Assembly: GCF_036321535.1 (NCBI RefSeq)
Contig: NC_087438.1
Coordinates: forward strand, 92,628,001-92,692,000
Length of the DNA: 64,000 bases
DNA from: Camelus dromedarius
Taxonomy: Eukaryota
Direction: 5' to 3'
Below the pieces are notes generated by a model, which was not told the origin of the DNA, ran no database searches, and worked only from the letters and a program-made list of their open reading frames with translations. Below are positions 13,034 to 25,596 of this stretch, one piece after another. Position 1 is the stretch's first letter. Each line of letters opens with the position of its first letter. Both the position numbers and the translations under genes were made by a program.

Positions 13034-13053
13034 CAGCTGCCACCTGGTGGGAG
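13034..13053 (-). promoter_or_regulatory. Candidate CTCF site (CTCCCACCAGGTGGCAGCTG on the minus strand)
   Basis: The core CCACCAGGTGGCA matches every high-information position of the CTCF core motif; binding is not demonstrated. Confidence 0.55.
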
Positions 13054-14829
13054 CGGCGTGGCAGACCTTCCAGGGAGGAGTGAAGGTTGTAGGAAGAGCA
13101 TGTGAGACTCTAGGGCCAGCAACCACCTGCCTGCATTTATAGGAACATACAGGGGACTGCCTGCACCTTAAGTCTTGGGCCTTGGGAAGTGACGGCGATT
13201 GGGAGGGTTCATTCCAGTGGGTTTATGCCATCTTGAAAAACATCTCAAGAGTGATAATGTGAAATCCACGGGTCACAGCACCACGCAGGTGGGCTGTGCA
13301 ACGAGGTGTCTATAGAAGAAGAGATTCACCGTGCGTGTACGAGAGGGAACTGTGTGAACAAACAGCAGCACCTACATGAGAACGTGTGAGCTGGAATATT
13401 CTGCATCGGGGGCCAAGCCAACCTACCCAGTAGCAGCCCACAGCACTGGCTTCCCCGCTACGTCTCCACAGAGAGGCTGAAGCAGCTGAGGGGTCTGAGT
13501 GTTACGAGGGGACAAATATCACCAGGACGTAATGGCTTGGCACAGGTTGGAACGGTCCTTAAGCAGGGCAGCTGTGAGTCTGGGATGCTGGCCCCATGCT
13601 GGGTGACCATCTAGGTCAGACCCCCAACTCCCACACTCTCTGCAGGGGAAGCCCTGATCACAACCTAGGCCATGCAGTCTGGGATGGGGCCACAGTGCAC
13701 CTTGGTCCCCTGAGGTGGGGTGCTAATGTGGGTGGCCAGCACCCAAGCAGGGGACAGTCCCCCAAGTCTCCGTATGACGTGTCATCTGGCACACAGCGCG
13801 TTGCTCCCTTCCACTCTGGCTTAAAGAGAGCCACTCACAGAGCTTTGAAATTGTCCCCTACCTTCTGGAAGATGGGAAATTGCTTCCCTTACACTCTGCC
13901 TTCCTCCTGAGGTGAGCTTTCCCAGCCGCACAGACAGGAGGGCTCTACTTGCCTGAAATGGAGGCCTTTGGGCAAGGGAACCCCAAGCCCACTCCTGAGC
14001 GGTAACTCAGGGCAATTTCACAGGCTCTGGGGAGGTCCTGCTGCCCATTCTCCCCTCAACGGCCCCACACTTGGGTTACTGGCCTGGTCACTAGGAGTTC
14101 ATTTTATAATTAAAGGCAATTGTGCATATTTCTCCTATTCAGCAACTATGGAGACAATCTGTTCACACTAAGGTCCTTTCGGGGGAGGGTTCATGTCAGT
14201 GCAGAGCTTAAGGGAGGAGGGCAGGGTCTCAACAAGGGACCTGAGCCCAGGACACACAAACACTTCAGCAGAGACAAACTCTGAATCACCACCTCCTCTA
14301 TGTACAAGGAAGTTGTGCAAGTAAGACTCAGCGACTTTTAGAATCTCCCTTCTAGATAAGAATAGCGATGGCATGACCATCCTGGTTAAGTACAGGTTCT
14401 TCTAACCGAGTTCCTAGAGGAGAGTTAACATCCTCATCTCAACAATTCAGGCCTCTGACAGGGAGACCTTGGAATTCCAACATTTTAGAATTGGAAGGAA
14501 ATTTGAGGCCATGAGAATCCTAAGGTAAACATCCAAGATGAGCGGGCTAAGTTCCACGAGTGAGCTGGCACAGAACCTAACCAAGCACACGGTCCTGAAA
14601 GTGTTTACATGAAGCAGAACTGCAGGGGCTGTTTCCATTTGGACACCTCTGCCTCTCCTGAAGGCATCCTCTGCCCACCCATCCCAAAGGCATCCTCTGC
14701 CCACTTAACCTGCAGTGAACTCCTGCTACCCACCACCTGCCCTGCCGGGGCTGGACGCCCTTTTCCCAAGAGAGTGATGGTTTGATTTGCTGCTGAGTGA
14801 AGAAATCACGTTTAAAGTGCTATTTTGGA

Positions 14830-15030
14830 AAAAAACCAAAAAGTATGTGCATGGGTGTATATATACACATAAGGAAAAAAACTCTAGTTATATGCCAAAA
14901 TATTATCCACGGTTCTCTCTGACCGTAAATACATTTTATTTTTCTCTTTAATGCTTTTCTGCATTTCCTGAATTTTCTGCAAATAATACATAATAACTTT
15001 GTAATCATAAAAACAACAATAAAAAGAAAG
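14830..15030 (+). mobile_element. L1ME-class 3' terminal fragment
   Basis: ...atgcttttctgcatttcctgaattttctgcaaataatacataataactttgtaatcataaaaacaacaataaaa, typical of the L1ME3/4 3' end. Confidence 0.65.
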
Positions 15031-15479
15031 CAACAGTGGTTGCTTCAAAAAACCCCAATCAAGGTTTTCCTGCCTTGATTGAAACAGCAGAGCCTCATGC
15101 TAGTTCCCCATTGTCAGGAAACAGCTGGAATGTTGGGGAAAGCATGAAAGAAAACAAACTGGTTAGTAGAAAGTGGTGGAGGAGCTTCAAAGTAGGTGCT
15201 TCTTTGTGATTAAAATGTACCTTCCTCTACTCTTGCTCCCGTTGGGTATGGTTGATCCATTAGATGCAGCTCCTCAAATATCTACCAGTCTGGAAATCTG
15301 GCTTTCTGTCACGTATGGATTAGTAATAGACTCTAAGGTTAATTTGTTTCTCTCCCACTGACACAATTTAAAGTGAGATCAACCCTTGTGAGAAAAAAGT
15401 GGAGACAGCAGCAAATTTTACAAGTCACTGAAGGATGCATGGTCTGGAGAGCAGACATACTGCTTGTAACAACTGATAT

Positions 15480-16020
15480 TCAGACCCAGACAAATGGAAA
15501 CATAGGCTATGTGTGGGGATTAAAAGATACAGCTGTATAAAGATGTCAGTTCTCCCTGAACTGACCCATAGATTCAATGCAATACAAATCAAACTTCCAG
15601 TGGAGTGTGTGCACACATGCATGTGTGCACGTGCACTCATGTGCAGGCGCTTTAGCAAGGTGATTCTACAGTTTACTGATGGATGGAAAGAACCAAGGAC
15701 AGTTGCAGTGCTCCCAAAGAGGAATAACATGGGCTTGCCTTAGGAGATATCAAAACTTATTATAAAATTCTACTAACTTGAGACAGTGTGGCACTGGTGT
15801 AGGAATAGATCAAATGAACAAAGGAAAGCGTTCCATGACAGGCCCCTGAAAATATAAGCATGTGCTACAGACAGAGGTGTTACTGTAGATTGCTGGCGGA
15901 ACAGATGGACCTCTTAATAACTGATGCTAGCACAAGCTGGGATCCATGTGGGAAAAAAGTGGCCTGTGTTTTATACTATACCCTAAAAAATGACTTCCAG
16001 GTAGACTGAAAAATAAACAT
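15480..16020 (+). mobile_element. Old L1ME-class ORF2 3' fragment (left part; split by the L1MB insertion)
   Basis: ORF-track peptide KMSVLPELTHRFNAIQIKLP resembles L1 ORF2 KMxILPKLIYRFNAIPIKIP; the consensus continues after 20957. Confidence 0.75.
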
Positions 16021-17207
16021 GGGGTTCTACTCCTGGAAAGATGGCATGAGGAGCTCTGTAGACATGCTTCCCAAGAAATAACCATAATTGGTAAAATGAT
16101 TTTAAAAACGACTCTTTAAAGTGCCTGGAAATTGTCTTAAGGGCATACAAAACATGGAGTAACTTTTTTTTTCCAAGAAGACCTACTAAATCTCAGTAAG
16201 AACAGTGAGAATCTTACTTAAGCCATGCCCTGCTTACTCCCCCCTCCCCTCTCTGGATGGGAACGACCCAGGAGATAGAGCCCCTTCTCTCCCAGCTCTC
16301 AGTCAAGGCCTATAAATATCTCCCTGGGAGGGTAGGAGACCAGAATTTTTCACCCTCCCTTCCTCCATGTTGCATAAGCTAAATTCAAGGCAAGTCCCAC
16401 TGAGGGATCTGGGGTTGTAGGCCAGCTAGCTTACCAGGGAATACAACAAACAAATCAAAAATGAACAAAGCTTCAGAGAAATATGACATACCATTAAGCA
16501 CATCAACATATGTATAATGGGAGTACTAGAAGGACTGGAGAGAGAAGGAACAGAAAAAATAATTAAAGTACTAATAGCTAAAAATGGTACAAAGGATCCC
16601 TCAATGTGATTGACAGCTAACTTCTCATCAGAAACAATGAAGGCCAGAAGGCAGTGGGAAGGCATATTCAAAGTGCTAAAAGAAAAACTGTCAGACAAGA
16701 ATGTTATTGACAACAAAACTATTTTTCAAAAACACAGGGAAAATAAGGACATTCCCAGGTTAACAAAAACTGCGATAATTTGTTGCTAGCACGTCCACCT
16801 TACATGAAATACTAAAGGAAGCCCTTCAGCCTGAAAGCAAGTAACCCCAGATTGTAATTCAAATCCACACACAAAAAATAAAAAGGACTGGGGAAAGTAA
16901 TTATGTAATTATACAAGACAGTATAAAAATATATTTCTTCTCCTTTTTTGTCTTAGCTGATTTAAAAAGGAATTGTATAAAACAATACATATATAATTGT
17001 ATTGTTGGGCCCATAACATATAGAAATGTAACATATTTGACAAGAACAGCACAAAAGACATGAGTGGATGCAAAATTGTACTGGAATAAAGAAATGATAC
17101 TAAATGGTAAATTGAATCTCCAGAAATAAGAGAAGCAGAAATAGTAAATAAGAATGTTAATATAACAAATTCCATAAATATCTACCCATCTAGAAATCTA
17201 CCTCCAT

Positions 17208-17287
17208 TTCCTTCCTTCCTTCCTTCCTTCCTTCCTTCCTTCCTTCCTTCCTTCCTTCCTTCCTTCCTTCCGTCTGTCTGTCTGTCT
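17208..17287 (+). repeat. Compound microsatellite (TTCC)16(GTCT)4, followed by TCCA/TACC low-complexity sequence to about 17455
   Basis: Directly visible. Confidence 0.95.
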
Positions 17288-19814
17288 ATTAGCCTACCTA
17301 TCCATCCACCCTCCTATCTTTCTGTTTCTTTACCTACCTATCAATTTGTCCAGCCACACACCTTTTGATCCATCCATCTAGGAACCTACTACCCTAACCA
17401 CCTACCCAGCTACCTACCTTTCTTTCTCCCTCTTTATCTATCTATATGTTTATTACATAAGACAAGGCTTATTACATTTAAAAGGATTGAACTAAGATAA
17501 AATATGTTCTCCTACTACAACAAAATGAAATTAGAAATCAATACCAAAAATAAAATTTGGGAAATTCACCGATATGTGGAAATTAAACAACAAATTCCTA
17601 AATAACCAATGGATCACAGAAGAAATTACAAGGCAAATTAGAAAATACTTTGAGATGGATGAAAACAAAGATGCCATACAACAAAACTTATGGTATACAG
17701 CTAAAGCAGTGCTCAGAGGGGGAGGAATTTACAGCAGTAAATGCCTGCATTAAATGAAAACCAAATCTCAAATCAATAACCTAAACTTTCTACCCTGAAG
17801 CACTGGAAAAGAAGAGCAAACTAAACCTAAAGCAAGTAGGGGAAGGAAACGGTAAAGATGAGAGTAGAAATCAGTGAAGTAAAGAACAGAAAGATAAACA
17901 AAATCAACAAAACTAAAGGCTGTTTCCTTAAAAATAATCAACAAAATTGACAAAACTTTTAGCTGGACTGATAAGGAAAAAAAATACAGAAGGCTCAGAT
18001 TACTAAAAACAGGAATGAAAGAGGGGACATTACCACTGACTCCACAGAATAAAAAGAATAATGAGGTAATAATATGATATGAACTATTGTGTACTAGCAC
18101 ATTAGATAACTTTGATGAACTGGGTGAATTTGTAGAAATACAAACTACTGAAACTGACTCAAGAAGAAACAGAAAATCTATGTAAGTAAAGATATTTAAT
18201 TAACTATTTAAAACTTATCACATACAAAAGTGCAAGATCAGATGGATTTATTAGTGAAGTCTACCAAACATTTAAAAAGAATGAATAATAACTCAATAAA
18301 AAATGTTAAAAAAATTAAATAAATAATAAGAATGAATACCAATTCTGCATAAAGTCATCCATAAAACAGAACAGATGGGAACACTTCCCAGCTCATTCTA
18401 TAAGGCCAGTACTACATTGACACTAAAACTAGTCAAGGCATTACAAGAAAATAAAACTACTGACCAGTATCTCTTATGATTATAGGTACAAAAAAAATCA
18501 TTCTCAGTAAACACTAACAAACCAAATCCAGCAACACATAAAAAGAATTATATACCATAACCAAATGGGATTTATCCAACTAATGTTAAGATTGGCTTAG
18601 CATATGAAATTAATTCACGTAATATACAATATAAATTTTAAAAAGAACAAAATCACATGATCATCTTAAGTGTTGCAGAAAAAATACTTGACAAAATTTA
18701 ACATTCCTTTTTGATAAAAAGCACTCAACAAAGTAGGCACAGAAGGGAACTTCTCAACGTGATAATGCACATCTGTCAAAAACCCGCAGCTAACGTCATA
18801 CTTAGCAGTGAAAGACTGAACGCTTTCCCCTAAGATCAGGAATGAGACAAGGATGTCTGCTTTTGCTACTTCTATTCAGCACTGTGCTGGGGGTTCTAGC
18901 CAGGGCAGTCAGGTGAGAAAATGAAATGTAAGGCATCCAGATTAGAAAGGAAGAAGTAAAACTATCTCCATTTATGCTCCCATTATCTTATACATAGGTA
19001 ATTCTGAGTCAATAAACGAGTTTGGCAAGCTTGCAGGGTACAAGATCAATGCACAAAAATCAAACAGATTTCTATACATGAGCAATAAGTGCTCTGAAAA
19101 TGAAAATAATTCAATCTATAACATATTCAAAAAGAATAAAATACTTAGGAATAAATTTAACCAAAGAAGTGCAAAGGTTATACTCCAAAAACTACCAAAC
19201 AGTGTTGAAAGAAACCAAAGAAGACCAAAATAAATGGAAAGACATCCCGTGGTCATGGATCAGAAGACTTAATACTGTCAAGATGGCAACACTTCCCAAA
19301 CTGATCTACTCATTCAGTGCAGTCCCTATCAGAATCCCAGTTGACGTCTCTGCAGAAATTAGTAAGTTGATCCAAAAATTCATATGGAAATGTAAAGGAC
19401 CCAGAATAGCCAAACCAGTCTTGCAAAAGAATAACAAAAGTTGGAGGATTCACATTTTCTGATTTCAAAACTTACTACAAGGCTGCAGTAATTAAGACAA
19501 TGTGGTATCAGCCTAAGGACAGACATACAGATCATTATCAACAGAATAGAGCTGAAAGCCTAGAAATAAACTCTTAACAGTTATGGTTAAATGATTTTCA
19601 ACAAGAGTGCCAAGACAATTCAAAGGGAAAGAGTAGTCTTTAAAACAAATGGTGCTGGGACAACTGAATATCCACAAGTAATAATATGACATTGGACCCA
19701 TATATCACAGTGTATGCAAAAATTAACTCAAAATGGACTTAAGATCTTAATATAAAATCTAAATGTAAATGCTAAAATGTAATATCTAATTGTAACTGCA
19801 GTAACTGTAAGCCT

Positions 19815-19948
19815 NNNNNNNNNNNNNNNNNNNNNNNNNNNNNNNNNNNNNNNNNNNNNNNNNNNNNNNNNNNNNNNNNNNNNNNNNNNNNNNNNNNNNN
19901 NNNNNNNNNNNNNNNNNNNNNNNNNNNNNNNNNNNNNNNNNNNNNNNN
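19815..19948. other. Assembly gap (134 N) within L1 ORF2
   Basis: Run of N; both flanks are collinear L1 ORF2. Confidence 0.95.
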
Positions 19949-20092
19949 TCAAAGGATAACATAAAGAAAGTGAAAAGGGAATCCACAGAATAGGAGAAAA
20001 TATTTGCAAAGCATATATATGATAAGAGACGTATCAGGAATATATAATGAACTCTTGCAACTCAATAAGAAAAAGATAAATTGTCCAGTTTA

Positions 20093-20222
20093 NNNNNNNN
20101 NNNNNNNNNNNNNNNNNNNNNNNNNNNNNNNNNNNNNNNNNNNNNNNNNNNNNNNNNNNNNNNNNNNNNNNNNNNNNNNNNNNNNNNNNNNNNNNNNNNN
20201 NNNNNNNNNNNNNNNNNNNNNN
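20093..20222. other. Assembly gap (130 N) within L1 ORF2
   Basis: Run of N; both flanks are collinear L1 ORF2. Confidence 0.95.
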
Positions 20223-20420
20223 ACCTGGTTGGAAGACTGTAATTAAGAAGACAAGTGTTGACAAAGATATGCAGAAATTGGAATCTGCATGTGCTGCTGC
20301 TGGGAATGTAACATGGTGTAGTTACTTTAGATAATAGTTTGGCAGTTTCTCAAAAGGTTGAACACAGAGTTCAGGTATTACTCAGCAACTCTACTCTTAC
20401 GTAAATACCCAGGAGAAATG

Positions 20421-20461
20421 ATTATATATATATATATTATATATATATATTATATATATAT
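20421..20461. repeat. Interrupted (TA)n microsatellite
   Basis: attatatatatatatattatatatatatattatatatatat. Confidence 0.95.
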
Positions 20462-20959
20462 CTCCACACAAAAACTTGTACACAAGTCTTTATAGCAGCA
20501 TATTTATGATAGCCTCAATTGATAAATGAATAACATTTGGTATATCTATGCAATGGAATTTTATTTGTCAATAAAAAGGAATGAGGTACTTATATATGCT
20601 ACACTACGGGTGAAACTTGAAAACATTACACTAAGTGAAAGAAGCCAGTCATGAAAGACCACGTATTCTCTGAATTGTCCAGAATGGGAAAGTATGTAGA
20701 GACAGAATGTAGATTATGGTGTTGGCTGGGGCTGGGGAGTGGGGGTATGGCTGGGGTAGGAAGGAATGAAGGCTGACTGCTAATGGGTTCGGGGCTTCTT
20801 TTGGGGGGATTATAAAGATGTTTTAAAATTGTTTATTTTGATAGTCACACAACTCTTGATATACTTTTAAAAATATTGAATTACGTAACTTAAATGGGTG
20901 GCTTGAAAGGTATGTGAATTATATCTCAATATAGCTACTACACACACGAAAAAAACCCT

Positions 20960-22175
20960 CAAATGTAAAAAGTAACATTATAAAGTGGAAGATGATATAG
21001 AATAATGCAGGGCGGCAGGGAAAATATTTATTTTAAAAGGCACAAAATTCACTAATTATGATGGAAAAGGTTTTTGTTTTTGAATTGAGACATGATTGGC
21101 ATGTAACACTGTGCAAGTTTAAATGGTACAACATGTTGATTTGATGCCTTTACATACTGCAGTATGACAAATTCATTAACATGAAGAACTTCTATCCTTA
21201 GAAAGAAACCAAGAAAGAGTGAAAAGTCAAGCCACCAGTGGAAGAATATGGTTGTAATAAATATAATCAACCAGGAGTAAGTATCCAGAACACATAGAAC
21301 ACTTACAAATCAATACAGAAAAAAAAACTGAATGGAAAAATGTACAGCTACTTGAGAGAAGAGGAAATCAAAATGGACAATATTGGATGAAATGATGCTC
21401 AGTCCCACTGGTGATTCGGGAAGTCTCAGGCAGAACCACAATGAGCTAGCACTTCATACCCGCTAGACTAGCAAAAATTAAACACGTTTAGCTGCCACAA
21501 GTGTTAGTTGTGTGATGGTTGGAACTCTCAAAAGCTGCTTATTTTCGGGGGAAAGGGGCCAACAATTTTGGAAAACAGTATGACAATGTCCAGCTAGGCT
21601 AAAGCAGCACACTGCCCAGGGATATACACTAGAGATGCTCCTGCATGTGTGCAGTGGAAGACGTACACAAGAAGACATATTCCAGCAGCACTGCCTGGAA
21701 CAGCTCCAAGTGGGAGCGGAAGCTGGCTGCCAGCAGTGGGATGGATAAACGATGGTGTATTCACATAAGGAGCTTTCAGCAACGCAAACGAGCAAGTTAC
21801 AGCTGTACTCAACGCGGATGAGTCTTACAAATAGTGTTGCATAGGAGCAGCAAATCAAAAAAGAACACCTACAGCGCAGCTCCACTTATGTGAAGTTCAA
21901 GACCAGGAGAAAGCAAACCACATCTCAACAAGTATTTAGAGGAGACACTGTAAAGAAAAGCCAGAACATGCTGATTACAAAAGTCAAAGAGGACAGTAGT
22001 CACCTCCAGGGCCAGGAGGAAGATGCAAGTATGGTGGGGGTCAGGAGAGAGGGGGTGTTTCTAAAGCACAGCTAATTCCTGGAACATAGCTCTTCTCAAT
22101 GTTTATTTAATTGCACACAGACATTTTGTATCCTGTCTGTATGTCATGTATCATCATAAGAAATGAAGAAAAATA
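20960..22175 (+). mobile_element. Old L1ME-class ORF2 end and 3' UTR (right part of the element split at 16020)
   Basis: aaatgtaaaaagtaacattataaag...gaaccacaatgagctagcacttcatacccgctagactagcaaaaattaa...ttttggaaaacag...tttatttaattgcacacagacattttgtat; collinear continuation of 15480-16020. Confidence 0.8.
21070..21168 (-). mobile_element. Short inverted L1MA9/10-class 3' end nested in the L1ME
   Basis: tttttgttttgaattgagacatgattggcatgtaacactgtgcaagtttaaatggtacaacatgttgatttgat is the reverse complement of an L1MA9-type 3' terminus. Confidence 0.65.
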
Positions 22176-22529
22176 CTTCACCTTCAACTAGCAGCTTCCC
22201 CTCCAATCCTGTGAACATGCTGGTGGCTCAGCTCTGCACGTGGGCACACCTGGGTGCAGGGGATGGCCAAGACTCGGGGAGCCTGACCTTGGAGGAGGAG
22301 CTGAGCCTGTGGGAGTGGGCATGGCCTTGGACACTGTGCACATCCTGCTGGAGGGGAGGGGACACTGTCAACAGGCGAGTAACAGGCTGAGTCCTGTTCA
22401 TCGAGCTTTTCTCAGTCCCTCCTTGGCACTGCAATCATCAACCATTTGCTGTTCTACTGACCAGCGTGAAAACCATCCAGTCCCTTCCCTGCTCTCCCTC
22501 CCTCTCCTGAGCTGGTGTTTCTGGCTTGC

Positions 22530-22605
22530 TGACTCCATGTCAGCCCAGGATACAGCAGTGAGCAAGGCGGATCAGGTCTCTACAGTTCAGTGGAGGGACG
22601 ATGTT
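22530..22605 (-). mobile_element. L2 fragment
   Basis: ggatacagcagtgagcaaggcggatcaggtctctacagttcagtggaggga. Confidence 0.55.
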
Positions 22606-25596
22606 CCCTATTACCTCCTAATTAACTGATCACTATCGTGCCAAGGGATGCAGAGGAACATTTAGGCTTCCACACACTCACACTTATCAAGCCAGACCCA
22701 CACCCAGGCCCAGGTCAGAAACGTGGAAAACGTTGTGAAGTCTTTTAGTTTTGTCCTTAAAATATTAATTTTGAGGATATTCTTGAATACTCAGAGGCTT
22801 CAGGGATATAAAACTTGGTCATTAGGAAGCAATTTGTGTATGATTGATGTCCCTGCTTTTGTTATGCTAAAAATTTCAAACAGCTCTGACACGAAACTTT
22901 AAAGAACAGATTTTTTTTTGTGGCTTCATCATTTCTGTTTGTGAGTTCAGGAAACCTGGTGTGCAAAAGCTAAATGTAGATCTAATGACCAGGAGGGACT
23001 GAAATTACATGTAAGGAGATTGTTTTCTTCTGCTGCATGCGGTGAGACGAATTTTAGCCTTAAACCCATTAGCCCTCCTGTTCTGTTTTCGGGATTTACA
23101 GCCTCCGTATGGACTTTCTTCAGCTGTAGAGAGGGGCCAGGACGTGACGGGGAATGCGGTGGCCTTTTGCTCCTCCAACGCACTCCCACATGGCAATGTG
23201 TTCTGATGAAAGTGTACGTGTCCATTTGTAGACATGGCCTTACATGTGATTTTGACTATAGACTGAGTGGAACCTCAGAGCACAGCCCAGCCAGAGCTGT
23301 GCTCACTCACCAAACTCCCTTCCTCATCAGGAACGAGCGGGGAGCCGGTGTTGAACAGGGTCTGTGTGACACTGCTGGGCTGAGATGGCCGTGTGGTGGG
23401 AGGCCAAGTTCCTTCTGCCGGGTTACTGAGATTTGTCAGGCAGCAGAGCCCAGCACACCTCTGAAGCCTCGGTCCCCCCTTCTCAAGGGGAATAATTCCC
23501 ACCCACCCGCCTGACTGTGTGTTCCCATCATCCCCTCCTCCTCCCTCTTTAAATTGGAGGCAAGAACACTGAGAAAAAATTCATCTGTTTGTTGAGTTAG
23601 TCACTTATTTATAACCAAGTCTGTGGTAGAAAAACTGGAGAGAACAGTTCCTCTAACCTTGCTGGCTCGCATGGAGGCGATGCCATTCACACCACGAGAG
23701 CCAGATGGAAGGGCTTCCATCCCCGCCACATGCTGGCCGATGACATCCAGGGGAGGGTGGACAAACCAGTATTTCAACGATGGTCTAAACGCCAGTGAAA
23801 CTGGTTAAGTCATTAAAACTGCTTGTGCCACACAGTGGATACTCCCAGTTCACCGAGAAACGTGTAATTTTCCAGTGCTCGTTTTAGGTATGCGTGGGCA
23901 CACCCAAGTCAGACCTCCTGGGGAGAGGGGTAGACAGGGAAAGCAGAATGGGGGGAGGAGAGCAGATGGGGGAGGGGGCGGTGGGGGAGAGACGCAGCGA
24001 GTCTGCACCTGCCTGGTGGATATTCAATCAGCTTCCCCCACTCTCAACTGGCCTCTGACTCCAGCTGGCCTAGGCCTGTGTGCCGACACGGCCTTTTCTG
24101 ATGTATTACTCCTTGGTCCATTTGGAAGTGAACCTCTGCCTTGGCATGACCACCTCCTCCCCATCAGAGCCTTACTCACTGGGACACTGCCCTCCCCTGG
24201 GCTTCAAATGTCCCCCAGCACAGCCCCTCCTGTGGCCCACATCCTGCACTCACTCCTGGTCATCCCTGGAGCCCAGATCTCAGTGGGCTCCCGGCAGGGG
24301 CTCTCTGGATGTGGCCCGGAGTGGGGAGGAGAGCCTCCCTCTCTCAGACCTCTGACCATGTGCTCTGGGCACAGCCCTCTACAGCAAAATTCTCTTAGCT
24401 TCACAGATTCCCAGCCTTGCCCTCTGGCTCTGAGATCTCCCTGGTGAGAAATCTCCAACCACAGTCTCTGTGGTGGTGGGTGGAGGGGACAGGGGAGCCC
24501 GTCTGAAGGACTTGTCCTGTTTGGGTCAGGCAAAGATACTTGTCAAAAACAAACGTCAGCCCCAATGAATGACAAGCCAGAGCCCACGTCCCCGGAAGGA
24601 GTTTTTCTCCAATTAACTTCAGTCATGTACCTGCCTGTCTGACTGACCGGCCCCGGGGACTCTGGGAGCAGATGAGGCATCCCATCACTCAGCGGGGACA
24701 CTTCAAACATTTGCTCTGTTAATTGGCCGCTGTCTTATTAGGAGGCTGGTCTCCTGCTGCCGCCTTCACTACCGATTTCCAGGAGGGACTACGGCTCCCT
24801 GCTCTCTCCCCACCCTCCAGTCAGCCAAGGCTGATTAAATACTTTGATTCCTGTTTCTCTGAACCTGGCAGCTTGCCGGCCAAGGTGTGTGGTTCCAGAC
24901 AAAGGTATCCTTAGATCGGAGCCACATCAGGGTTTCATCAGCAGCCTTTGTGCCCCGGCACCATCTCCCGCCACCTGTGTACCTCTCTCACAGTCCAAGA
25001 AATCTGATGCCTTTGTTCCCCTTTGAGTTTTCTCCCCTCAAGTCTGCATCTTACATCATTTGAGTGTTTAAGTTTAATTTCAAACAGTTATTATTTTAAG
25101 CCACTAAGCTCATGGAAGAGAAGAACTTCAATGGGAAAGCAGCCACTGGCAGAAAGCACCTCTAAGGCTGGTGGATGCGGGAGGGTGGGGACGTCTGGGG
25201 GGTGCTGCTGCCCCCACTCTCCCGTGGAGCTCGTGGGTGCTGGGCTACAATTTGGGGAAGGCAGGTGCAGTGACCCTGAGAGTCAACACTCCCTCGACAG
25301 CCCAGGGATGTGGACTGAGCCCCAAGGCGGGGGAAGCACACTGCTGACTGGACACCCAAGCAGTGCTTCCTTTCTGACCAGCGTCCTGCTCTCCAGACAG
25401 GGTGGCAATGGGGTGCGCCCCTGACAAAGGGCCAGTGTGGCTGCAGGGCTGTTCAGGGCCTGGCCCAGATGGGACGCTTGGCTCCTGCCGATTGAAGAGC
25501 CTCATGCGAGCCTACCCAACGACTGGCCTGTACTTCCAGTTGACAAGGACAGGCTAAGATCTGAGGGAGGCAGTTAGAACAATCCTGGGGGGAGCA

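Larger units (their letters stand above)
16021..20957 (+). mobile_element. 5'-intact, internally deleted, dead L1MB-class LINE-1 (5' UTR, ORF1, ORF2, 3' UTR, A-tail), antisense to FSTL4
   Basis: 5' end with AAGATGGC (16038-16045); ORF1 motifs INICIMGVLEG and TANFSSETMKARRQWEGIFKVLKE (from 16613); ORF2 from about 17495, including KYLGINLTKEV...KWKDIPWSW...KLIYSFSAVPIRIP (19100-19462); RT FADD region degraded (about 18961-19000); L1MB-type 3' UTR (ctgctaatgggttcggggcttcttttggggg...gtatgtgaattatatctcaat) and short A-run at 20949-20955. Confidence 0.9.

Noticed and set aside
19100-19462. 120-aa open L1 ORF2 segment suggesting an active element
   Set aside because: The surrounding ORF2 has frameshifts and stops, the RT FADD motif is destroyed and most of the endonuclease is deleted.
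7246-20222. Three N runs (7246-7412, 19815-19948, 20093-20222) possibly hiding a novel element
   Set aside because: Their lengths (167, 134, 130) roughly equal the missing consensus of the flanking MLT1A and L1 ORF2, so they are ordinary assembly gaps.
20728-20756. G-quadruplex motif
   Set aside because: Part of the ordinary G-rich tract of the L1MB 3' UTR; not locus-specific.
23020-24447. 164-aa and 190-aa plus-strand ORFs
   Set aside because: Low-complexity, Gly/Pro/Ser-rich products typical of GC-rich non-coding DNA; no domain recognised.
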